Shown: positions 1-13,019, counted from the first letter of the stretch. The stretch is 64,000 bases of DNA from Rhodospirillales bacterium (GCA_038143065.1 JAYQLI010000012.1:38076-102075); one strand, 5' to 3'. The notes: generated by a model from the letters alone, not told the origin. Numbers and translations: made by a program.

Positions 1-330
1 GCAAAGACAGCAGTGGCGGGCTTCAAGTGCGAGCTAAATCTATGACTGGATCGAAGCGCCACTATTCCTGGCACTTTGGTTTGCAATATCGGTGATCTAT
101 TTGGCGCGATGGAGCAACAAACGATTTGCCTCAACTGTGCATCGCGTGATTAACCGTACCAGCCACCCGCGCTATTCCATACCCCGTATTTTTTGATCCG
201 CATACAGATACAGTCATTGATCCGGTCTGATCTTGGCGTATCCGCCCACAATAGCCTGTTCGACCCCGTCCGCACCGGGCAATATATCATGGAACGCAAT
301 GCAAAGAGCTTTGCCCAATATAAAAAATAG
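1..330 (+). pseudogene. 2OG-Fe(II) oxygenase (IPNS-like) C-terminal part; 5' end lies outside the window; frameshifted
   Basis: Family-typical peptide runs lie in three different + frames: ARWSNKRFASTVHRVINRTSHPRYSIP, FFDPHTDTVIDPV, and FDPVRTGQYIMERNAKSFAQYKK followed by TAG at 328-330. Confidence 0.5.
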
Positions 331-892
331 GGAAATCGAGACGGCTAATCCATTTTTAACGCAAACAGATTGACGAATATCATTGCGGTTCTTCTTGCCT
401 AAATCTCAACCTTAAGAGCAGCCATTGATAAAGAGTGCAAAATTAGTCACTTTGCGCTGCTCAGCCGCCATTCGCTGCAATGCGATTAAATGTCCGCTTT
501 GGGTGGGCGCGCCATGCCTTGTAAATGTTGACGCAGCAATCCAAAATAGCCTCCCCTTTCTTCGGTGGAGGTTTTTAAGCTTTGCGTCAGTTGAAAAACC
601 CGCGATGTGGCAACAACCGTCAAGCCAGACTTTTGTCCGTGGTATTTTCTTAGAACCCATACAATACTTTTGCCGAATTCGTTAACAAATATGGAGGATC
701 GAGCAAAAACCCTAACTTTCTCAGTCACGCTACAAAGTAGAAATCCAATTTTGCAGGATGCAGCAGCACGGTTATCTGTTACCTCTAGAATGACCAACAC
801 GATTCCTGAACCATCCTGCAGCGCGAGTACCTGAGGAGGCTCTGCACGGTCGAAACATTCGTCTTTCAAGTTTACCGTTAATCGCTTTAGAA

Positions 893-2355
893 CTCACTGG
901 GTTTCGCAGTCGAAACTTGATATGTTTTGGTTCGAGATAAGCGTCCAAACCTTCTCGTCCAAGTTCACGACCCTGACCCACTCATTTTCCAACCACCAAA
1001 TGGGGCTTGAAGCTCTGAAGTGTCGTTCACGTTGACGCCCACGGCACCAAACTCCAAGCTTTCCGCCAGCGTCCAAAGTCGGTCTAGATCCTTGCCGTAG
1101 ATGTAAGCTGCGAGCCCATACTCTAGGCCGTTTGCGATATTCAGCATTTCAGCTTCTGTCTCATAAGCGGCAATGGCGGCGATGGGGCCATAGGTTTCCT
1201 CGATCATAGGCAGCGCGTTCAGAGGTGTGTCATCCAGCACAGTCGGGCGGAAGTAATGTCATTGGCAAACTCTGATGCTTGCGGTGTAGCGCCGCCCGCT
1301 ATCAGACGCGCGCCCTTTTGGGTGGCGTCCTGAATGTGCCGCAACGCACGATCTGTTACCGAAGCATTCAGTGTTGGTCCATAACTCACGCCATCCTCAA
1401 GCCCGTTGTTGTTCCGTCGCATCCGCGAGCGCCCAGCTATAAGAGCTGAAAACTTTTTATGGACCCGTTGATCTACAAGGAATCCGGTTCACGGTGATAC
1501 ATATCTGACCCATATTGGAAAAGGCACGCCGGTGAGCGGCTATGGCTGCCTCTGCGATGTCAGCATCGGCAGTTACAATGGAATGGCATGACCGCCAGCG
1601 AGTTCCAGACAGGTACGCTTGAGGTTTCCAGCAGATGCGCGCAAAATGGCTGCCCTGCCCCCACAGAAGCGTGGTCGCTGAAATGATCCGAACATCTTTA
1701 TGGGAGAGAGCGCTTTGCCAGCCACCCGGACCAAGCCCTGGTAGGTCTGTTATGGCACCGGAGGGAACACCAGCCTCGTGCAGGCAATCAACAACCATTG
1801 CGATGGCCAATGGCGTCTCATGTGGTGATTTCACGACCAATGGCACCCAGCAGCTAAAGCCGGGCCAACTTTTCCAGCAATACAGATCAACCGGGTAATT
1901 CCACGGTACTATAGCGCTTCGCCACACCCACCGCTTGACGTGACGAGGTTGCGAATATCAGGCGCAGAAGCGGGGCGGATCGACCCATAGATACGTGTGC
2001 CTTCCTCTGCGTAGTACCGTAGCACTTCGGCCCCGAACGAAATTTCCTTAATATTATCAGAAACAGTTTTGCCTTGTTCTGCTGGAGTAAACGCCATGTC
2101 CGGCGTACGCTCATCGATCAAATTGGCCGCGCGCCGCAAGATATCGCCGCGCGCACGTACGCCCATCGCCTCAAAATCAACACGAACCGCATCGGCGGCC
2201 GCAACAGCGCGATCAACAATGGCAGCGTCTGCCAGAAGCGTAGATCCGACACGGTCCGGTGGCAGGATTGAAAATGATGTGAAGGTCTCAGGGCCACTGT
2301 GCATTTCCCAGTGGCCATTAATGAAGAAAAATCCACGTTCCCGCATACCACTCAC
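893..2355 (-). pseudogene. NAD(P)-dependent aldehyde dehydrogenase, multiple frameshifts
   Basis: ORF pieces 1909..2355, 1457..1927, 1219..1422, 965..1240 and 772..981 follow ALDH order but sit in different frames. C-terminal hallmarks PFGGWKMSGSG and GRELGREGLDAYLEPKHI are split between frames. The 3' end is approximate. Confidence 0.8.
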
Positions 2356-2418
2356 CTTAGCTTCAATCGGCGGGCAAGCTCCGCATAATTACGATCATTC
2401 TGTTCGGTCGCGGCCACT

Positions 2419-3122
2419 TTATCCGTGGTGTTGGGGCTTTGCATGATGAATGGCTCTTTTCAGAGCGACGACACGCTCAGCCGTCGCAGCATTGATCGCA
2501 TGACCGATGGCGATAGCGATAGACGTCGCAGGTCGCCTTGGTCTTACCCCGCATTCCTCGACCTCAATTCCCCGCATCCCCTAAAAGGCACACCGGTGTC
2601 ACGATAACGACATCTGCCAGTTCAAACAGCCGCTTGCCGCAAGAATGACGCGAGAGTGACGGGAGGAATGCGGGGATGGAAGTAACCCCAATCAGTTTCA
2701 GCCGCTTTGCCCTGCGGCAATATCAAGTGTGACGGCATTCAGACCGGAGTGAGAGAATATGAGCATTGCGTCCCCTTGAACGGTATCATGCGCAGCAAGG
2801 ATCGCATCGCCGTAGCCTTCCTGACTATGGATGAACCGGTACTGCCGCGCGCCTCATCCCAGAGAACCCGGTGGAACGAAATCATGGAACTTTCGACAAT
2901 TGGCCCGAAAACCTGTGACGGTCCCGTGCGCGGAAACATCTCCATTGCGGCAAATGAACCATGGCCTGTACCAAATGTGAACACCAACTTGTCGTCAAGG
3001 ATCGCCTTGGCACAGATATCTGCAACGGCGTTGATTGCGTCGCTTTGGCTGTCTTGAACCTTTTGCAACCGTTCAATCAGATCTGAAAGATAACGGGTTG
3101 GCATATCGTTCATGGTATTCAT
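2419..3122 (-). pseudogene. SIS (sugar isomerase) domain protein, frameshifted
   Basis: N-terminal piece 2739..3122 (LVFTFGTGHGSFAAMEMFPRTG) is SIS-like. The remainder continues in other frames down to about 2419. Confidence 0.45.
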
Positions 3123-3860
3123 CCTTTGTCAGTGATTGCATCAAGGGCGATTTGGAACATTCGGGCTTCGCCCGCGGCCAAAGGGTCAGACCTAATTTTT
3201 CCTGGCTGATCCCATCAACGGTGCCCAGACACAACGTTGCCGACGCAACACCAAGATCGCCAGCCGCAGCAATGAGCGCCGAGGTCTCCATATCCGTGGC
3301 AAGGACACCCTTGTCATGCAGCGTTTGACAATATTGTAGACACGCGGCCCTGGCTGGCGTCTCAATCGCAAACATATCACGGCAGAAAGCATCAAAAAAG
3401 TCGCAAAAAGCCCGGTATGAGCAATGACACCCTGTCCTGACAGCTGCGGCATTCAAGCGTGGACCAGCTCTTCATTCGCTGTCAGTTTGCCGCCATCGCG
3501 GTTATACGCCCCACCGGTACCCTCATAGCTCGGCGCATCTTGGCTGATCAGAAATTCGCCAGGGCGTGCTGGAGGGAAATGCATCGCCGTGCCTATTCGA
3601 ACGAACCGTTTTAGTCCGAGATAGGCCAGTTCATGCAGGACAATCGTTGCAATAGGCGATCCCATTCCAAAGGCGGCAATGCTGACGCGGACGCCATTGT
3701 AGTGGCCCGTGACGGTCTGGAGGCCGCGTTTGATGGGCAGGAAGACAGGATCGAACAATCGTGTCGCAATTCGGTCGATACGGTCAGGGTCACCGACAAG
3801 GATCGCACATTCTCCGACATCATTTGGGCTATGCCCCAGATACCAAGCGCGCTTTGTCAT
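3073..3860 (-). pseudogene. Purine/uridine nucleoside phosphorylase (PNP_UDP family), frameshifted
   Basis: MTKRAWYLG...ILVGDPDRIDRIA...GVRVSIAAFGMGSPIATIVLHEL lies in ORF 3453..3971. The C-terminal part ETSALIAAAGDLGVASATLCLGTVD is in a different frame (3073..3456). Confidence 0.7.
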
Positions 3861-4668
3861 AAAGCTGGTCCTTTCTCTTTGAGTGAGGAGGAGGTTCGCC
3901 GCTACAATCCCCGCCTTTGCCGCCTCGACGGGCGTCGCGCCAGACATCTGCTGTGATGAAGCCGCCTGCAAAACTATCTCCCGAACCGGTCATATCCCGA
4001 CACTTGGCAGGTGAAACCGTCAGCAGGGTTTCGGTGCCGTCAATTGTAACACTGACGCCTTCTGCACCCCGTGTTTCTATCACGATAGCCGAGGTCGCTG
4101 TTACCATCCCGCGTTCTGCCCTATTGCAGAAAATAACATCTGTAGAAGCGCTAAGTGCCGCGCAGATCTCTGGCGTAAAACTTTGCGCATCATCTTTCAT
4201 GGCCCAATACAGACGGGAATTGGGTGCACGGGCTGATAGTATATCTTCCGTGACCTGCGGTGGCCCAACAGACACACATAGATGCGAAGCATGACCGATG
4301 AGACGCTTTTGTGAGTCTGTCAGAACTCTTGACCAGGTGCCCCGGGGTCGTAAAGACATGTACATGCGCCGTCCGGGTCAGGTCAGCATAGCAACTGGGG
4401 ACCGAGCACCAGATATCTGTGCCACCCCTCTGTTAATAGACCATATCTTTGCAATTCCTTCTGAGCCAATCGCCCAACTGATCATCTCCGACCCATCAAC
4501 GGCGCAGCTTTCAAACCTGCCTGCAAGGTGGCCCCCAGCTATATATGATGGACACCCGCCCGCACGCGGCCATGTTGTCCTCACGGCCCGCGCGGTTCGC
4601 TCAGCACCACTGGTCCCTCACAGATACATCACATGATCCAGGCTGGCATATCCGGTGACGACCAACAT
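3861..4668 (-). pseudogene. PfkB-family carbohydrate/nucleoside kinase, frameshifted
   Basis: MLVVTGYASLDHVMYL is followed by a stop. Pieces 4378..4584 and 3829..4365 continue the protein (DMTGSGDSFAGGFI motif), and the C-terminus continues in the frame of 3453..3971. The ATG overlaps the upstream stop (ATGA at 4666-4670). Confidence 0.65.
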
Positions 4669-5220
4669 CAAGTAAACATCTCCTTGGCCTCAGCCAAGGT
4701 GACTACCCGCCCGAGATATCGCGAGATATCCTCAAGGCTGGCGTCACCTAGATTTGCGCGGTTTGTATTGACTGCATCACCCACAACAGCCACGTCAAAC
4801 CCATGCCCAAAGGCGTCCTGTGCAGTGGCGCGCACACAGACATTGGTTTTAACGCCACAGATAACGACGCTATCTACACCCTGTTCGCGCAAGAACAGGG
4901 ACAATTCTGTTGCAAAAAATGCGCTATAGCGCCTCTTCTTGAGTGTAATTTCTCGTTTGCGGTCCTGAGGGCCAAAACCCTTAAAGAACGCGGCGTCGAA
5001 GCCACCTTCGATCCCATGAAATGGCAGTTTCGGTTGTTCGAAATCGGTGAACCCGTCACGGTGGACATCGGCGATATGGACTATGATGGCTTCGGTCGCG
5101 GCGACAACGCCAATCAGATCCAAACAAGGCTGAACGACGTCAGATGCCGCCGGATAGTAATTTCCGCCATCCGGGTGCAGAAAGAATTCTGCATATCGAT
5201 CACCAAAGTGCTATGCTCAT
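4668..5220 (-). pseudogene. Isochorismatase-family (cysteine) hydrolase, frameshifted near the N-terminus
   Basis: ORF 4668..5123 contains VVICGVKTNVCVRATAQDAFGHGFDVAVVGDA. The N-terminus MSIAL(L)VIDMQNSFC is in other frames. The start overlaps the upstream stop (ATGA at 5217-5220). Confidence 0.7.
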
Positions 5221-6102
5221 GCTTTTGCCTTTCTCTGTGCCTGGATGCTGGCTACAACCAAAGCGATGAGTACCATCACGTAAGGCAGCATGCCAATCAG
5301 CTTGGGCGGCAAACCTTCAAGCTGAAGTCTGATTTGCGCAGCTTCGAGCGCCCCAAATAGCAGGCAAGCAAAAGCTGTCGTGACGGGATCGGTCGCGGCC
5401 GAAATAAAATGCCGCCAAAGCGATAAAGCCAGCCGTAAGCCCTTCATTAAATAGCCCAAGCGATACCAGCGCCAGATGCGCACCGGCAAGGCCACAAAAG
5501 AACCCGGCGCAGGCCGTGGTGAAATCCTGAATGGTCAAATGCTGCAAAACCAGATCGCGCCATCTCTGAGGCGTTTCCGGTTGCGCGAATCCAAAGCCCG
5601 ATACGTGTGCTGGCCAGCACAAATGGCAATAAACCAACTGTCATCCAAGCGAAAAGCGTCAATGGATCAAGCGCCGCAAGACTTGGTCCGACCAGTGGCA
5701 CGACCTCAAGTCCAGCGGGCAGAAGCTTTGGCAAAAGCGCTACATCAGGAAGCCGCAGAGTGCCTGATGAGCGATACACCCAACTGAGAATGAAACCGAG
5801 TACACCGGCCACCAAAATGTTCAGACCCAAACCAGCAACAATCATATTAGCTCCGGCGCGCGTAATACTGAGAGAGAACAGCCAACCAATTGCGGCGCTA
5901 GCCAAAGCTGCAGCCAAACAGGCGATAATCCAACTGCCCGTGGCTGAGGATACAATCACAGCCACAAAAGCCCCGGCCAACATCTTGGCCTCAAGCCCGA
6001 TGTTCACGATGCCGGCGCGTTGTTGATCCAGCCCGCCCATTGCCGCCAAAGGATTGGCGTTGTTAACATGATTGCGGATGCGATTAGATGCTCAAACTGC
6101 AT
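5217..6102 (-). pseudogene. ABC transporter permease (BMP/nucleoside-type system), frameshifted
   Basis: Overlapping hydrophobic ORF pieces 5447..6049, 5317..5637 and 5217..5495 lie in different frames. The N-terminus MQFEHLIASAIMLTTPIL starts at 6102. Confidence 0.7.
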
Positions 6103-7130
6103 GGGTCTGCCTCCGTCTGTTCTTCATAAGACGCGCGGCTTCGATGACGGCAAAGATCATCACTGTCCCTTGAATGATATTTACCAGTCTAATGGAATAT
6201 TTGAAAAGAAGAGTTGGAACCGTTGTCCCGGCAGAGGCTAGAGCTCCGAATAGCACTGCGCCAAACAAAATACCGATCGGGTGGTTCCGTGCTAGCAAGG
6301 CCACGGCCATGCCTGTAAAACCATATCCGGGTGAAAACCCGTCTGAGAAGCGATGCATCTGCCCCAACCCATGTGATGCACCGCCAAAGCCGGCAATCAC
6401 GCCGGACAACACCATGACCAAAATGATGACCGCAGGAACCGAGATCCCGACCGCACGCGCGAAGCGGGGGTTTTGACCCACCACCGCTCCCTCGAAACCT
6501 GAGGGTGTGTTGCGGCACCAGGTCCAGTAGGCAATGATGCAAAGTAGCCCGATGATGAAGCCTGCGTGTAATGTTGAGGGTGGCATCAAACGCTCAAGTT
6601 CAGCAGTTTCATGAATGAGCGGCGTGACGTTGTTTTCCGGATTGGGGTGACAGAAGGGGACCATTGACCAAGTACCCACTGATACCGGCTGCAATGAAGT
6701 TCAGCATCAAGGTTGAGACAACTCATCCGCCTCATACTTTGCCAAAAGCACGCCGGGCAGCCATAGCCACAATCCGCCTGTTACTGCCGCAGCGATAAAA
6801 GCCAACGGGATAATTCCACTCCAATAGACGCAGGGAGCGTGAATGCGACAAAAAAATTGCAGCCAAACCACCTAAGACAAACGCGCCATCCACACCGACG
6901 TTGAATACGCCTGAACGAAAGCAAATGGCTGTGGCGACAGCGGTGAACAGCAGTGGCGTAGACGCAGAAAGTGTGGCCGCAAATCGCCGGACATTTCCGA
7001 ATGCTTCTGTTGCCATCAGAGTAAGGATTTCAACTGGGTTTTCGCCAATTGTCAATAGAACAATGGCGGCAATGGCGAAAGCGAACAGCAGGCAATACAA
7101 TGCCCAGACTGCGTTCAGTGCAGTACCCAT
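6092..7130 (-). pseudogene. ABC transporter permease (BMP/nucleoside-type system), frameshifted
   Basis: Pieces 6732..7130 and 6092..6694 are multi-TM and collinear with a single permease but lie in different frames. Confidence 0.7.
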
Positions 7131-8665
7131 TACTGCCGTCCCTGTACCACATCATCCGCCTGATCAGAGGCAGGTTGCTAGCGGGAGCGTTGACAGTGCC
7201 AACTATTGTTCCTCTGCAATGACATTTTTGCGCGTGGACAGCTCAATCAGTTCGTCCAACTCCTCTGAGATTAACAGAACGGCTCCACCACTATCTCTGA
7301 AATCACGGATTAATTGGTGAATGGCAGCAATACCGTTTAGATCGACCCCGCGCGTGGGTTGCGATGCGATCAAACCTGAGGAGCAGTGGCGATTTCACGC
7401 GCAAACACAAGCTTTTGCTGATTTCCCCCGGACAGGCTGCTGACGGATCGGATGGTCCGTCGTATTTGATATCAAGCGCTTGCAGCCGATCCTGTGCAAT
7501 CTTGCGCATTGCTGCTCGGTTTAGCCATACGCCATGGCCAATAGGGGAGGTCCTGTGGCTGCCTGCCACTACATTTGTTTCGATGCTAGACTGTATGCTC
7601 AAACCTTGACGGCGATCTGCTGATATAGGGCAATGCCATGACGACGTCGTTGAGAAGGATTTAGGGCCGACAAAGCTATACCATTCAGCTTCACGAGACC
7701 AGAAGATGGTCGCAACCCGACCAAACATTCAGCCAATTCGTTTTGACCGTTGCCTGACACGCCCGCTATGCCCAGAATTTCACCGCGGCCGATAGTTAAA
7801 GAGATGTTATGCAGTGTGGCTTCGGTTCACACTGCGTGTGTTCAAAGACGCAATACTCAGCAGCTCGGATTGCGGCTTAGGCGCCTCATCGTTTACGCCA
7901 TCATGCAATTCGCCGTTGACAATGTGGCGTGAAATCTCATCTGCAGTGCACTCCGCGACAGAACTATGGAACAACCGTCTCACCTTGCCGGATGACAGTG
8001 ACTTCATCTGCAAGTGCTGTAACTTCGCCAATCTTGTGGCTAATGAACAATAAAGCCGTTCCTTGCGTACGCAGATTGCAGGAGAAGAGTGAAGAGTTCG
8101 TCAACCTGTACAGGGCCAGTACCGCCGTTGGCTCATCAAGGATCAAAGTCCGACATCCCCGGCGCAAAAGGCGTATGATCTCGACAAATTGTAGAATATG
8201 GACGGGTGCGTTTGCTGCATGTTGATCCCAGTCAATCAACGCGCCAATTTGTTCTGCCAAGGCTTGCCCTCTGGTTTCTGCGCGGCAGGCCAATCAATCA
8301 AGACAAGGGCCCGCACGACCGTTTGACCGGCTCTTCCCCAAGAACGAGATTCTCTAATAACGAGAGATCGGGCGCGATCATAAATTCCTGATGCACCATT
8401 CCGATACCATGGCGCAGCGCGTCGCCAGGGTTGGTAAAGTCTACGCGCACACCATCGACGAAAATCTCACCCCCATCCGGGCGCTCAACTCCTTGCAATA
8501 GACGCATCAACGTGGATTTTCCTGCACCGTTTTCGCCCACAACAGCGTGAATCGATCCAGCTTGTGTTGCAATTGACGTTGCGGTTTGCAACCACGGGAG
8601 CCATAGGTCTTTCGAAGTCCTACCGCTTGAAGCCCGGAAGAGGATGGTGGTGCGCGCAATGACCT
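7130..8665 (-). pseudogene. ABC transporter ATP-binding protein (duplicated ATPase type), multiple frameshifts
   Basis: Walker A (GENGAGKSTLMRLL) is in 8298..8591 and LILDEPTAVL in 7964..8293. Further pieces are 7807..8031 and 7303..7728. The stop overlaps the downstream permease start (TAATG at about 7130). Confidence 0.75.
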
Positions 8666-8689
8666 AACCGCCTAATTTACTGAAAGAAG

Positions 8690-9696
8690 TCAGGTAGCCT
8701 CGTTTGAAACATCCCAGACGTCAATGTCGCCTGCAATGATTTGGGCTTTCATATCTTCCACTTTCTCCACATAACTGGCGGGGATGATATCTTTGGTATG
8801 CATCATGGGCGATAGGGCAACACCGTTTTCCGCCAGTCCAAAATGCATCACTTCGCCACCGGGAAACGTATCAGCCGCATAGTTGGTCACGATCTCATCA
8901 ACAGCGACGTCCACACGTTTGACCATGGATGTCAGTACATGCCCCGGGGCAAGGCCGTCCTGGTCATTGTCAACGCCAATCGCATAGTGACCACGCGCTT
9001 TGGCAGCTTCAATAATTCCAATCCCAGTGCCACCAGCCACTTGATACACGATGTCGGCACCATCATCAAACATAGCATTCGCCATCTGGGCGCCTTTTGC
9101 GGGATCACCAAAGCTATCCGCATAGGCAATTTTGATTTCGATATCTGGATTGACGGCTTCTGCGCCCTGGATAAAGCCAACAATGAATTTGTCGATTCCG
9201 GGCGCTTTAAAGCCCCCGATCACACCAATGACAGCATCTTCATTAATCCCCTGAATCGATGTATCCGGCGTGACCTGCGCGGCCAAAGCCCCTGCAAGAT
9301 AAGATCCTTCATGTTCACCAAACACAACCGATGCAACGTTATCCCCTTCGCGGGTTTGGTTCATTATTACCCAGTTTGTATCTACATAATCTGGCCAGCG
9401 CCTCCATTGGCTCTCCGTGGATCCACTCTAGTGAAATCACAAGCCCAAAGCCGCCATCAGCAGCGCGGCGCATGATCTCCTCGACCTGTGCGAAAACATC
9501 GGGTGACTCAATTGGACGCCCTGTAAATCCCGTTTTCTCCAGACCTGATTGAAGCCTGCATTCGCGGTATCGTTCCAGGACGCGTCACCCAGACCCCTTG
9601 GGCAATAATCAGTGCTGCGGGCCTTTCGTCCGCTGATACGGCCGTTGCCGCACAAAGCGCTATCGTTATTTTTGAAAGAAATTGCATTGCCTTCAT
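8690..9696 (-). pseudogene. BMP-family ABC substrate-binding lipoprotein, frameshifted
   Basis: The signal peptide piece is 9508..9696 (MKAMQFLSKITIALCAATAVSA). The main body is 8690..9364 (GFKAPGIDKFIVGFIQGA...YQVAGGTGIGIIEAAK). The two lie in different frames. Confidence 0.75.
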
Positions 9697-9699
9697 GGT

Positions 9700-10494
9700 T
9701 TATCTCCCTTTTGTAAGTTCCTTGTGGTCTTTGTGAATGCGGAGCGGCACTTGATAAGTCGTATGACGTGCCAAAGTTGTTTTGTAAGTGTACCGCTCGG
9801 CAGGATAGATGGCTTCGGCAACTTCCAGAAGCCTTTCATCATTCGAATAGGTCTGGCGCGTCACCACGGTGACTGCCGACGGGTCGTTAAGCGAGAGTGC
9901 TTGTTGTTCATGAGCCATTGCCAAACGGGCCGTCACGATTTCAGATGCTGAGGCGATCTCATGCCCTGCATTTTGTAATGCGGAATACAAGGAAAACTGA
10001 GACTGATTGCCCGCAACCAGCGACTGCGTATCATGTTCTGAAAACTGTGCCAAAATTGCTTTGGGCACGAAACTTGAATGCAATGCTGCGGCCAATCCAT
10101 CAACCAATCGAACACGCTCAAGACGCATCGCCGGTTCAAAACACCCAAGTGAGGCGCTGATTTGCCTGTCGGCGGTAGAAAATGACAAACGCGTTGCTCG
10201 GCGACATATCCTTGACCAGAAACGGTTTCTGTAAAACTCAGAAGACGCCCTAGGTCTCTCCGCAGATTTACTCCCGCAACAAATGTACCAGAACCCTGTT
10301 TACGGACGGCCAGCCCCTCTGCGACCAAAAGTTCTACGGCTTTGACAACTGTTCCACGGCTGACTCCGTAGTTCCGGCTGAGTTCTGGTTCAGATGAGCA
10401 TGCGGCTGCCCAATGGAAATGCACCACTGGTTATTTGCTGACGCAGAATGTCTGCGAGGAACTGATATCTAGGCTGTCGTTTCAAGGCTTGCAT
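9700..10494 (-). pseudogene. GntR/HutC-family transcriptional regulator (UTRA effector domain), frameshifted
   Basis: MQALKRQPRYQFLADILRQQITSGAFPLGSRM is followed by a stop. The protein continues as SEPELSRNYGVSRGTVVKAVELLVAEGLAVRKQGSGTFV (9933..10427) and an UTRA-like C-terminal part (9700..10188) in other frames. Confidence 0.75.
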
Positions 10495-10516
10495 TCTAAG
10501 CAGAATATATCAAACT

Positions 10517-10532
10517 AGTTGACTAGTCAACT
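10517..10532. promoter_or_regulatory. Perfect 16-bp palindrome AGTTGACTAGTCAACT, candidate GntR/HutC operator
   Basis: The palindrome is perfectly self-complementary and sits 23 bp upstream of the GntR start codon (10494). Its GT..TA..AC architecture resembles HutC-subfamily operators. Confidence 0.5.
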
Positions 10533-10901
10533 TTGAGATTATCTTTTATCGGTGTCAACAATCCATGCAATACATCATTTAGCTCCCGCATGGCGCCTGA
10601 TTGCTCCGCCATCCCCCACGGGGAGCAACTTCTTAGCCGTTGACGGTGAACTGCAAGAAGTAATTTGGTCATTGTTGATATGAATGGCGGTTTTGATGAA
10701 TCAACCCAATGCACCTAGAACATGGCACGCAAGGCAAACATACACGACACGCGCGAACGCATCTAAAAAAGTCAAACCTTTAGTAAGTGAAAGTAGGTTG
10801 GAAAGTTGGATAGTTTGTATCTAAGGTATTGTTTAGATTGTAGAAGTAAGCCTTTCAAAAAGAGAAAGATCTTTGGAAATGTATTGGAAAGTTGTTGGAA
10901 A

Positions 10902-11112
10902 GCTTGTTCCTTATGCCCCCTAGAACTGTGCCAGTATATATTACAGCGGAGTAAGGAAACATGGCTGAAAGCGTTATTCTGATGAAGATGTTGAAGTTAT
11001 TGCGCGAGATTGATGTTCATTTGCACGATGGTTTGGACGTTGTGAGGCAAAAAAGTTGCAAAGCTGGGGATTTCAGATAAGAGTTATTATTTCGGCGGGC
11101 AGTTTGGAGGCC
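10902..11112 (+). mobile_element. Truncated, frameshifted IS3-family remnant (left end plus start of orfA)
   Basis: Homologous to 43581..43754. It encodes a degraded MA.KRYSDEDV..LLREIDVHLHDGLDVV...AGISDKSYY..FGG helix-turn-helix OrfA N-terminus. No orfB follows. Confidence 0.6.
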
Positions 11113-11615
11113 TTTTCGCAAAAAATAGCAGATAAATTCGATCGCTGGTATAAACATAAAGATCTCACTGCAAATATAATCGATGAGATTTCCTTCTGCC
11201 GTTATTAACGGTACGAACATTGATCCAAGAATGTGTTTTGCACTCCATTCGGGCAAGAAATACATCTTGCCTGGCAATACAGCACGTCGACTTTGGCGGA
11301 GGGATATTGTGATTTGAATTTTTGGCAAAAGCCAAGTTATCGCAATACAGAGCCAACAAAACGCGCCTGAAGCCACTTGGAAGCTCTCCAAGACTCCAGT
11401 ATAAAGCGCAGCGAAAGACTGGAGTGAGCCCAAAGTAGCCGTTGCTGCAAAGCGTCGACTGAAGGAATAAGCGGGAGGCTAAATCCTTTCCTCAAAAAGT
11501 GCAGAACATAGTGATTGGCCTGAGCCGTCAAAAGCTAAATGAGAAGCGTCTTCAGTTCGGCAGAAAACAAGGCAGCACCTCTTCAGGTGCCACCAGTCTG
11601 TTTCGGCCAATAATA

Positions 11616-13019
11616 CTACTTCAAAATGATTTCCGGCCCCATGATGAGGTTGGGTAGAAAGGTCGAAATCCAAGGCACGTAGGTTACCAAGATCAAGAAA
11701 ACAAAAAGAACGCCTAGGAATGGAAGCGCAGCCTTGACGACCGACATCATTGGCATGCCAGCAACGCCTGAAGTGACAAATAAATTTAACCCAACCGGTG
11801 GCGTGATCATACCAATTTCCATGTTAACAACCATAATGATACCGAGGTGAATCGGATCAATGCCCAGTTCTATCGCAATTGGAAAGACCAGTGGAGCGAC
11901 AATCACAAGTAATCCTGAAGGCTCCATGAACTGCCCACCAATCAGCAGGATGATGTTCACGACGATAAGGAACATAACCGGTCCGAAGCCCGCCGATAAC
12001 ATTGCATTAGCCACATGTTGTGGAACTTGTTCATCCGTCAGAACATGCTTAAGAATGAGCGCGTTTGCGATTACAAATAAGAGCGTAACGGTGAGTTTGC
12101 CTGTTTCCAGCAGCGTGTGCTTTGTATCGGATGGAAGAAAGCTGTCACCAGCGCCCAAGGCTGACGCCATAAAGAAGTGGTCCCTCTTGGACCCTCATAG
12201 GCAGCGGAAAGATCGCGCGGGCCTTTTTCGGCAAGTGGACCCATATCTTTGTAGATAAAGTTGGCAATGAAGAATGCATAGACCGCAGCAACCGCGGCCG
12301 CTGATTGGGGTGAATACCCCTCCATAGATACCGCCAAGGATAATCACGATTAAGAAAAGGCCCCAACCGGCTTCGCGTCCTGAGGCAAAAACCTCTCTCC
12401 ATCCTCGCCATTCGCCTTTGGGTAAGTTTTTCACCTTTGCAATGACATAAATCGCGGTCATAAGCATAAAGCCAGCCAAAAGCCCCGGGATGACGCCAGC
12501 GAGAAACATCCGTCCAACCGAAACTTCCACCGAAGCCGCATAGACAACCATCACGATAGAGGGTGGAATAAGAATTCCCAGCGTACCTGCATTGCAGATC
12601 ACACCTGCAGCAAAATCCTTTGAATAGCCAACTTGGATCATTCCTCCAATAACGATCGTTCCAATTGCCACGACAGTTGCTGGTGAAGAACCTGACAGGG
12701 CTGCAAACAGCATGCAGGCAAAAACGCCGGCAATGGCCAGCCCACCGGGCAAGTGTCCGACACAGGCAATTGAAAACCGGATGATCCGCTGGGCAACGCC
12801 GCCAGTTGTCATGAACGAAGAGGCTAGAATAAAAAACGGGATCGCAAGAAGCGTATAGTGGCCCTCGAAGGCGCTGAACAGGGTTTGGGCCACTGATGCA
12901 AGTGAACTGTCAGAAAAGGCTAGCAGAAACAGCAGGGAGGACATGCCAAGTGCGACCGCGATCGGTACACCGATAACCAGCATGCCGATGACTAAGGTAA
13001 AAAGTAGAACAACTTCCAT
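11616..13019 (-). pseudogene. dctM: TRAP transporter large permease DctM, frameshifted
   Basis: N-terminal piece 12195..13019 and C-terminal piece 11616..12170, bridged by 12071..12337, lie in different frames. The sequence is typical DctM (GSSPATVVAIGTIVIGGM, MITPPVGLNLFV). Confidence 0.8.

Noticed and set aside
412-890. Two overlapping minus-strand ORFs (486..869 and 412..660) that look like one frameshifted gene downstream of the ALDH
   Set aside because: It is probably another pseudogene, but I cannot recognise the family from the peptides (DGSGIVLVILEVTDNR...), so I made no call.
10902-11112. Functional IS3 element with a programmed -1 frameshift
   Set aside because: Only the orfA N-terminal part is present in both copies. 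There is no orfB/DDE region and no right inverted repeat, and copy 1 is itself frameshifted.
11017-11433. 138-aa minus-strand ORF and neighbours (11165..11673) between the IS3 remnant and dctM
   Set aside because: No family signature. It overlaps the dispersed repeat and IS-remnant debris, and the region looks like non-coding wreckage.
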